Shown: positions 9,770 to 17,967 of the stretch, one piece after another
Numbering within the stretch: position 1 is the first letter of the stretch
Layout of the letters: every line of letters starts with the position of its first letter
Source: Thelocarpon superellum
Taxonomy: Eukaryota
DNA: 35,345 nucleotides
Assembly (NCBI GenBank): GCA_026025795.1
Contig: JAPEUG010000158.1
Span: 1-35,345, forward strand
Direction of reading: 5' to 3'
Notes under the pieces: model-generated
What the model saw: the letters and a program-made list of their open reading frames with translations, nothing else
Told to the model about the DNA's origin: nothing
Databases searched by the model: none
Made by a program: the position numbers and the translations under genes

Positions 9770-11896
9770 ATGTTCCCTGCCCGCCGCTCGCATGGCCTGA
9801 GCCGGGCAGTGGTGCCGATTGCCAGGCCGAGGACGAGGCCCGTCAAGACCGTCACCTGCTCCTCCTCAACCTTGGCGGAAGTGCCCCAGGAGGTTTATGA
9901 GAATCCCCCGTTCGATCCGGTCGGTCTCTCGCCGACTGAGTCTCCTCCATCCACCCCGCCACCCGTAGGTGTCCGCACGGAGGCCACCGTGTCCCGCTCC
10001 GCCGGAACAGCTGCTGGCCCGCCCAAGTCCTCCGACTCCATCTTCACCCCCGCCGACCCTGCAAAGCGACTGTTCGACACCACTGTCCCGTTGCGGTCCA
10101 AGGATATCCCCGCTTTCGCACCACGATACCGCTTCCGAGTGCCGGCTCAGATCCATGTCGCCGAGAAGAAGAGCGAAACGACGGCGCTCCATCGCGCGCT
10201 GGCCAACAAGTACCTGAAGCTGCGGGGCCTGCGCCGCCACGAAGAGCGATGGCAAAACCCGTTACGCCTCTTACAGCAATGCACTCCCGATGCCACCGTG
10301 CCGCGAGATACCACCGCGCCATCTCTGGCTGTGTCGAAGCGGAAGGCTCGGCTGAAAAGAGTGATGATCCGCGCCGACCTTATACCTCGACCGAAGACGT
10401 GGACGGCGGATAACCTCGAAAGCTACGTCAAACTTCTGGCCATGCAAGACCCACCTCGTGCCCAGCGTCGACTCCTTTACGACGCGGATAAGGACCACAA
10501 CCTGGTCGTGACGGAGATCCTACAGGAGCTTTTCTCAAGCCCCCAGACACGAGCGCTGATGAGCACCGCGACCTTTAACGCTGCCATCCAATTCTTCATC
10601 AACATCAATCGGCTGAAGAACGTCAGCCAGCTGTTTACCGAGATGGAGTCGCGGCAACTGCCCTTCAACGCCGAGTCCTACAACATCATGCTTCGCGGTG
10701 CGGCGACGTCCGATGATCTACTCAACTTCACCTTTCTCCTGCGCCTCATGACGGAGCGGCATGTGATGCCGAATCTAGGCACCTGGACGGCATTCCTGAT
10801 GACCCCAGATCTCCCCGAGGACGCACGACATCAGGCCGTGCACAGCATGCAAGCCAAGGGGATGCTACAGGACCCCGCCGCAACGAAGGAGATTCTGAAA
10901 TACACCATCGCCCATGATTTCGCCAGCTGGCTGGAACAAGGCCACCAACCACGCGCCTTTGTGGCGGACATGGACGAGAAGTACGGCCCGAACTGGATGT
11001 CCGGCTCCTCCACCGCGCGCATGCTCCACGTGATGGGACGACGAGGGCTCGTGAGCGAGTGCTTTGAGCTGTGGCAGACGGCAGCAGACCGGAGTCTACG
11101 TCTGTCCACACGAGCCATGAACACGCTCCTGGGCCACTGCACGCGGCAGGGCAAAGTGGAGCAAGCGATCCAAGTCATCGATTGGGCGAACCGACACCGC
11201 ATCGCGCGCGATGAAGACACCTACCGCCTGCTGCTGAGCCTCGCGTGGCGCTACCGCCTGTACAACCTGGCGCGGGTGTCGTGGCGATACGCCTGTCTCG
11301 ACGGAGGCGTGACGCACCAGGCGCAGCAGAAGGTGCTACTCAGCGCCGCGCGAAACACGCCCCAGAACCCCAAGAACAGGGGCGAGCTCTGGCGGCGCGA
11401 GATTGGGAAGGTGTGCTTGGGGGTCCGGCCTCCCACCATCTCTTCCTCTTCTCCTCTCTCTCTCTCCTTCGCCGCTTCATCCTCCATCACGAAGACCGGG
11501 TCCCACATTGACGACGCGGCCCTGGCCCTGGCCAAGCTCCACACATGGACGCCATCCGGCCCGTCCCGGGACGAGAACAACGCAGCAGTGCGCAGACTAG
11601 TCCACGAGGACCAAACGGCATTCGTGACGCTCCAAGCGACCCGGTCGTTCGCGTCGCTGCTCAAAGAGGCGCACAAGGCCGACACAGAGTGGGCACGAGA
11701 CTATTCCTGGGCGAAGCCACTTCCTTGGAAACTAGCCCACGCTGTCGCCGTGCCGTGCGAGTTGAAGACGCCGCTGATTCGGAAGATGCCCGCTCCCGGT
11801 CCGACTCGGGCAAACGTGGCACGTGTAATGACAACGAGCGCGCAGGGTGGGAAGGAGGGAAAGGATGCCGTGGTTATTTCTAGGGTTCGTGTTTGA
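9770..11896 (+). CDS. Pentatricopeptide-repeat (PPR) protein, probably mitochondrial
   Basis: 708-aa ORF with PPR-like units (TATFNAAIQFF...LFTEMESRQLPFNAESYNIMLRG; RAMNTLLGHC...EQAIQVIDWANRHRIARDEDTYRLL) and an Arg-rich, acid-poor N-terminus. Confidence 0.8.
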   Translation: MFPARRSHGLSRAVVPIARPRTRPVKTVTCSSSTLAEVPQEVYENPPFDPVGLSPTESPPSTPPPVGVRTEATVSRSAGTAAGPPKSSDSIFTPADPAKRLFDTTVPLRSKDIPAFAPRYRFRVPAQIHVAEKKSETTALHRALANKYLKLRGLRRHEERWQNPLRLLQQCTPDATVPRDTTAPSLAVSKRKARLKRVMIRADLIPRPKTWTADNLESYVKLLAMQDPPRAQRRLLYDADKDHNLVVTEILQELFSSPQTRALMSTATFNAAIQFFININRLKNVSQLFTEMESRQLPFNAESYNIMLRGAATSDDLLNFTFLLRLMTERHVMPNLGTWTAFLMTPDLPEDARHQAVHSMQAKGMLQDPAATKEILKYTIAHDFASWLEQGHQPRAFVADMDEKYGPNWMSGSSTARMLHVMGRRGLVSECFELWQTAADRSLRLSTRAMNTLLGHCTRQGKVEQAIQVIDWANRHRIARDEDTYRLLLSLAWRYRLYNLARVSWRYACLDGGVTHQAQQKVLLSAARNTPQNPKNRGELWRREIGKVCLGVRPPTISSSSPLSLSFAASSSITKTGSHIDDAALALAKLHTWTPSGPSRDENNAAVRRLVHEDQTAFVTLQATRSFASLLKEAHKADTEWARDYSWAKPLPWKLAHAVAVPCELKTPLIRKMPAPGPTRANVARVMTTSAQGGKEGKDAVVISRVRV

Positions 11897-12007
11897 TTGA
11901 GCTTACGCGCGCGCCTCGACGTGCCTATATGACTGTAGAGGCAGCAATGTTGGAGATGCATTTATTCACTTCTATCGAGAGACGACAAGGTGATAAATGG
12001 AGCCACT

Positions 12008-13859
12008 TTACAACATGGGCTCCTCTGCCACATAGTGCAGGTATGCACCTAGGAGTTTGATGCCTTCGATGCTGAGGGGAGCGAAGCAGTTCTTGCGTTA
12101 GCTTGTGTTCTCTATCGACTGCAGAGAATGGGGGACATGGTTAGAAGGGGAGCTTGATCAGTGGACATACTAGTTCTTCTTGTCGAGTTTCTCTGGTACA
12201 TCCACGTTAGCTATACGATCCGCGCTATTGCAGATCTCGAAGGCTTACCGTTGATCGAGTGGGCGGCATCCGTCGAACTGCCCATAGGAAGCAACAACAC
12301 ATTCTTGCCCGTGGCTTGTTCAAAGGTCAACGTCACCGGGATGCTAGATTCCGTCAGAAAGGGCATGTCGCGGGACTGCCTGCCCCCTTGACGTACCTCC
12401 CTCCCTCGCGGGTCAAGTCAGGCTTTACACCCCAGACATGTTCCACGGCTTTGCTGGCTGCAGTAAAGTTCCAATGTTTCGGACTCGCCACCCACCACTT
12501 GCCATCGTGTTGCAGCGACACGTCCAACGTGTTCTTGCTCTTTAATTTGGCAAACTCGTCGTTGATGTGTTTGTATACCAACTTGTTCACGTCCGAGCTC
12601 TCCATGTTGGGCACGGTGCGGATGGAGAATTTTCCGACGACCTTGGCCGGGATGACCGTCTTGGCCCCCGGGGCGGAAAAGGCGCCTTCGATGCCGTGGA
12701 CGGAGAGGGACGGGTAGCGCCATCTGGAAGCGTTCTCAGTAATCATCTTGCACCTTCCATATCCCACTCACCGTGCCATGAGAGTCTGCTCTTTGTCATT
12801 GTAGACTCCGGTTTTGCTCCCGAGACTTTCGTAGAGATTGTCCATGGTAAAGCTGATGTCGGCGTACAACGACTTCTCCTCTGCCGTCAATGGAGCAACG
12901 AGCTCGTATAAGCCCGGGATCTGAATCTTCCCATCCGTATCCACCAGGGAGGCCAGGATGCGCACTAGATCCGTCATGGGTTCTTGGGCCGTCCCGCCGA
13001 AGACTCCACTATGAAGATCTTGCCCCGGACCCGAGACCGTGATGGAGTAGTAGTTACAGCCACGAAGACCATAAGTCAGACACGGCTTCTCCGTACCCAG
13101 CCAGTAATTGTCCGAGATGCAGACGGCATCGGCGTCGGCAAAGTACTTATCGGCCTCGGCTTGAATGAAGTCATCGAGGCCCTCAGACCCATACTCCTCC
13201 ATACCCTCGAAGCACATGAGTAGGTTGACGGGAAAGTCAATCCTCGCCTTCTGGTGTGCTTCAATCGCGTTGAGCCAGCCCAAGACAGGGCCTTTGTCGT
13301 CGGTACTACCCCGGCCGTACATGCGTCCGTTGGCATCGATTGTGAGCTCGAATGGCTCCGTCGCCCATCCGTCGTCTTTCAGCGCAGGCTGCACATCATA
13401 GTGACCGTACACAAGGATGGTACGTTTCTTCTTGTCATTGCCATATCGTGCTATGACGACCGGTGGCAGCTCCAGATGCTCTGCGTGTGGTTGCTTTCCG
13501 AGCGGCCGCTTCTCTACCTCGGCACCCAGCGCGCTGAGCTCCGAGGCAAGAAAGTCTCCCATCTGCGGCGGATATTTCAGAGCTGCTTAATTCTACCATG
13601 GGGCGATTGCGGGTACCTTGAAAACATCTGGCCGACGATCTGCATCCGCCGACACGGACGGAATCGCCACGGCTTTCCGGAGGCCTAACGACGAGATTAG
13701 ATTCAGTGGCTGACGATGGAGGACGGCATAGAAGGCGTACATACGATCAATGAAATCGTCGGTCAAGTGGTCCACTCTTGCGCCCTGGTCAGCATCTCAT
13801 CGCAGACTGGTCGCTGGCATAGCTCACTGCTTGAAGTATTGGTCCAATTGAGGAGCCAT
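12008..13859 (-). CDS. DUG1: Cys-Gly metallodipeptidase (M20A, CNDP2/Dug1), multi-exon
   Basis: MAPQLDQYFKQ start. Motifs YGHYDVQPA, GRGSTDDKGP, EGMEEYGS, ISDNYW, DLHSGVFGG, RWRYPSLS, TREGGSIP, MGSSTDAAHSINEKLD, IEGIKLLGAYLHY. Seven short introns, stop TAA at 12010-12008. Confidence 0.95.
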
Positions 13860-14507
13860 GACGGTTGACAGATTGCTTCGCGTCGGCAACGTTCGATAAA
13901 ACGATGGTGAGGAGTGTAGCGGCTGGGACGATGGACAGACCCTCGAGCTCGGAAGACGATGAGAAGAGAATCGGATGATACTGCCCGAAGGTGCACGCGG
14001 GAGCCGGTGGCAGAGGAGGGGCATTCGGTGGGGCAAGTAGCCCGACTCGCTCCGTTGCCTCTCTACTCGTATCGACGGCGATGAAGCTCGGTTCGAAGCG
14101 CGTGCCGCCTGACCTGATTCAAACGCCGACAACGGAGAGCTCCAGATGATACGTCAAGGGAAAAGGATGGCCGGCATGACCGTCAGTAGCATTTGTTTAT
14201 CCTCCGCGTCATACGTGCTGAGAGAACCTTCATACCGACCCACGCATGGCATTGGCGGTCCCGAGACGTACGTTGGAGGAGACGCAGCTACTGTACGGGT
14301 ATCCTGGTAAGCGATATACTGGTATGATATGGTACAATCAACTCCTTGCCCAACCTGACCATACAGTCACATGGTATGCTACAAGTTGGGGAGCACGTCT
14401 TTCATCGGTTGGTCGTCGACCGGTCGACCTATCCGCCTAGTCGGCCCCCGTGCCGAAGATGGCCAATCGCTGCCGGATCGGACTGAGCGAGAGCATGGAC
14501 CCCGTCG

Positions 14508-15140
14508 TCAAACCCCATCCTGTCTCCCCCATGTTTCCCTCCGCCTTACTCGGTCTTCTCGCGCCGTCCGCCGTATCCGGCCCCATCGGGACTTGACTGC
14601 GTCGAGGATCTGGCTCTGCCGGCTTTTGTGCTCCTTGCTGGCTTCGCATACGATGCCGACAAAGAGCGCTGAGCAGTCGAAATGTTTGGCCAAGCGATCA
14701 CGCGACCACTTTTCCGGGTCCTCGGTGCGCAGTCGTCGGATCTCTGCCATGTCTTGTTCGGTGAGGTGATATCGCTTCTCGTACGCTTTTCGTACGGGGG
14801 GAGGGAGTCTGGTGGAAGCTGGTGGTGTGGAGGTGTCGCTCGACGTGGACAAGAGCTCATGCCGTCGGTCACCTTTGGGGATGAATTTGGCCGGGGTGTT
14901 GTAGACGGATGGAGCGGAAGACGGAGGGTTGAAGATGATATGGTCCTGCATCGGGCCGGACGCCGACGAGACGAAAGAGGTGTCGGGCTTCACTCGAAGT
15001 CGGCGTTTGGTTCGTCGGTAGGAGGACTCATGTCGTCGACTGAGTTCGCCAATGCCCAGGTTCCGGCCGCCGTCAACGCGCAAGAAGATTGAAGTGGTCC
15101 AACGGCGCGGACATGACGATCGGAGCAGAGCGGTCTGCAT
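14508..15140 (-). CDS. MRPL20: Mitochondrial large-subunit ribosomal protein L20 (mL58)
   Basis: Presequence followed by RRHESSYRRTKRRLRVKP, HIIFNPPSSAPSVYNTPAKFIP, YHLTEQDMAEIRRLR..DP.KWSR..LAKHFDCS, SRWG..RR.AREDR..R. Confidence 0.88.
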   Translation of the reverse strand: MQTALLRSSCPRRWTTSIFLRVDGGRNLGIGELSRRHESSYRRTKRRLRVKPDTSFVSSASGPMQDHIIFNPPSSAPSVYNTPAKFIPKGDRRHELLSTSSDTSTPPASTRLPPPVRKAYEKRYHLTEQDMAEIRRLRTEDPEKWSRDRLAKHFDCSALFVGIVCEASKEHKSRQSQILDAVKSRWGRIRRTAREDRVRRRETWGRQDGV

Positions 15141-16111
15141 TGCGGACGCGGATGCGAACGCGGACGTGGACGACTGGTGCCGCTACAATCGCACACAATA
15201 TCGTAGTCACGAACGACGATGGATTCCATCACCAAGGAGAGCTCTCAGAGTTATCATTATCCGCGGCGTCCTTGACCCGGTCGGGTTAGTGGCCTAATGA
15301 CCCTTTGGCGAGAGGTGACACTCGTCCGCCTTCCGGCTCGGTCCATGGCAGCGCGTGTGGACTCGGGCCCTGCAGGATCGGCGTCATCACCTGGCTCACA
15401 GTTGCGCCGCTCGGCTCGCTTGGGGAGGGACTCGGGCTAGTTGCTCTCCGTTACTCGTCCGAGCTAACTGTTAAGTTACTCCCTGACTGTTTGAGGACCC
15501 TGTCAGTTCAGACCATGACGAATGATCAGGTGCGCCATGCTGACCAGGGAGGCACCAGGATGCAGGGACAACGACAGCAGCAAGGACAGCTCGACGCAGG
15601 CCCGGTTGACCGAGAGGCGCCAACTCGGATCTCCCATCGACGCCCGCAAAGCCTCGTGCTTGCTGCACTTACCACACTACCACCAATCGCAGGAGTGTAT
15701 GTCTCTGAGGTGTGACGCTACCCACTAACTACCCAGAAGTCGCATCGCTCGCACCGCGTCATTGCCGCTTCCTCCTTTACTCCCACACAAGCGTCGTGGG
15801 GCTCACGTTGCACGTGCGGGCTAGATCGGACGGCGTCCTGAAACGTGAAAACAAGCCCAGCCCTCCAGGTCGTGAAGGCCGCACTCGTCCACATTGGAGC
15901 CTTGTCCTCGACCATTCGCATTTGCGTCACCCATTCGCCCATTCCTCTGTCGTCTTTCTCGAGCATCCCCGCGAATGCTCCTCTACACTGTTCGCCCATA
16001 GTGACGCAGAACGGCGACGGCGTGCCGGGCCCTTCCCCTCTCCACCATCCATCGTCATCCCTGCCAAGCCAGCCCCCACTTGAGCTTCCCACACCACCGC
16101 GGCCTCAGGCG

Positions 16112-17287
16112 ATGGCCACCGCGGAGCCGACCGTGACGACCGTCGGTGATAATCCCGCCGACTCCAGCGACCTCGACATGGATGACACCATGGTCGCCCT
16201 GCATGCCTCCGTACCCCGCCTGGGAGATGGATTCGCCGAGGATCCGACCCGGTCCGCCTCCTCTATGGACGACCTTGTCGAGGAAGTCGTGGAGAGTCCT
16301 ACGAGCGCCACGAGCCCTGCTCAGCCTGGCAAGCGTCGACTCTTCGGCGTCGGCCGCAAGAAGGAGGCCGAGGAGAAAATGAGCCAGAGCACCGGCGCCT
16401 TGTCCGGCCCGCCACAGCCGCCCGTCATCTCGACCCATCCCTATCCGCGGCCTTCTTCGGCCAACCACTATCGCTCGCCATCTCCCCATCCCTCTTCGCC
16501 AGCTACGTCGCTCATCTTCGAGCGCGACGTGCAGGAGAGCGTGCTGCCGCCACAGTCCTCACCCGCCATTCCCGCGCACATCCAGACAGAACACCACATC
16601 CCACCAGTGCTCGAGGCCTCGTCGTACGCTATCACCGATGATCACCTCGACCCCGACAACGTGGCCATTGTGACCCACGCGGCGCATCAACCGGCGTCGG
16701 CCACGGTGACGGGAACGGGAACGGGTACCGGCACCGGCACCAGCACCGGCAGTGCCATTAGCGATGCCGGTGGTCAGGCTTGGTCCGACGATCTCGCCGT
16801 CCATCCGGAAAAGGATGACGCCGCCTCCAATTACGGTGTGCTTGACGCCGCTGACGTACGGCGCCTCAGCTTCATCTCCTTCGCCGACGTTGTTCAGTCC
16901 GAGCATGCCGAACACGTTGCGAGTCATGATCCGCTGCATCTACCCAGCTCCTTACCCTTCTCGCCCATCCACTTTTCTGCCGCCAACCGTTCGCCCTCGC
17001 CCATCCGTTCGCCCGTGTCCTCCCACGGGCCTGGCACCACGCCACCGACCAGCGTGCCCGCCTCGCTCCACGGCCTCGATGCCTCACCTGGCCGCCTGGC
17101 TCGTGGTCCTGGCCTGGGCAGCCCCCAGTCGTCCGGTAGTCCGCCGCCGCTCGGCGGCGAGCTGACCATCGAGACCATGCGACAGGCGTTGAGGAAGACG
17201 GCCAGCAGCGATCTCAGTGGCCTCATTAGTCAGCCTTTGAGCGCCGTTAGCGCCGACGACACCCGCGTGGACCATCACTGGAGATAG
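16112..17287 (+). CDS. Hypothetical Ser/Pro-rich fungal protein with conserved-looking blocks
   Basis: Single long ORF, first good ATG at 16112. Ordered blocks IFERDVQE, IPAHIQTEHHIPPVLEASS.AITD, RRLSFISFADVV and ELTIETMRQALRKT lie in a disordered background. Confidence 0.75.
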   Translation: MATAEPTVTTVGDNPADSSDLDMDDTMVALHASVPRLGDGFAEDPTRSASSMDDLVEEVVESPTSATSPAQPGKRRLFGVGRKKEAEEKMSQSTGALSGPPQPPVISTHPYPRPSSANHYRSPSPHPSSPATSLIFERDVQESVLPPQSSPAIPAHIQTEHHIPPVLEASSYAITDDHLDPDNVAIVTHAAHQPASATVTGTGTGTGTGTSTGSAISDAGGQAWSDDLAVHPEKDDAASNYGVLDAADVRRLSFISFADVVQSEHAEHVASHDPLHLPSSLPFSPIHFSAANRSPSPIRSPVSSHGPGTTPPTSVPASLHGLDASPGRLARGPGLGSPQSSGSPPPLGGELTIETMRQALRKTASSDLSGLISQPLSAVSADDTRVDHHWR

Positions 17288-17967
17288 AGGCGTTTGCCAT
17301 CACCTCCATAGCTGCTGGAATGTAATGACATTTGATGCTCCGGGACAGGTAGGGGAAGGCGCCAGACGGATTCGGAATCTCGACGATGCCGCTGATCGCC
17401 ATGTCGTCGATCGACGCCCTCTTGGATTTCTAGCAGGGGCACATGGTACCGGGACTTGCGAGGCGTGAATCCCAATTGTGAATGCAGATGACTTTGGGAT
17501 GCTCCGGCTTTACTCTTTGCCGCGGCTGTTGATTGTGTGTATTCGGTAGGGCGCGGGTCGGAGAAAATGACTGGGTTAATTGGTCCGGCCGCCATTGCCG
17601 CCATGGAGGTCCTGCCGTCTACAGTATACAAGAAGTAGAAGTTGACTGGGCCAATCCCAATCTGTTACCTTGAGGTCATGGTGACCTGCGATTTAGATGA
17701 GATGCGGTCGAAAATACGGGAGTCTCGTCATTGGTGAGCGCAGGACTTGGCTGTCGGGCGGCCCGAGACTCGCTGAGCGAATCAGCGACGACCTCATGCC
17801 GCCGCAACAGCCGCACGCCCAGGCAAGACTGAGCTTCCTGGGGATGGCCCCACGCTCCGCGACTCTAGTGGGGGGAGGAGCAGCATGGCTCGCTCCGGTG
17901 CTCCCCGAGCTTCCTTCCTCGGGGCATCGTCTCCGGCGGCGGTCCCCACGATATCGGCACCGGCACC

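Noticed and set aside
12072..12170. Stwintron (nested spliceosomal twin intron) in DUG1
   Set aside because: Excising the inner unit leaves TA|TCGATAG with no GT donor, so it is kept only as an alternative acceptor
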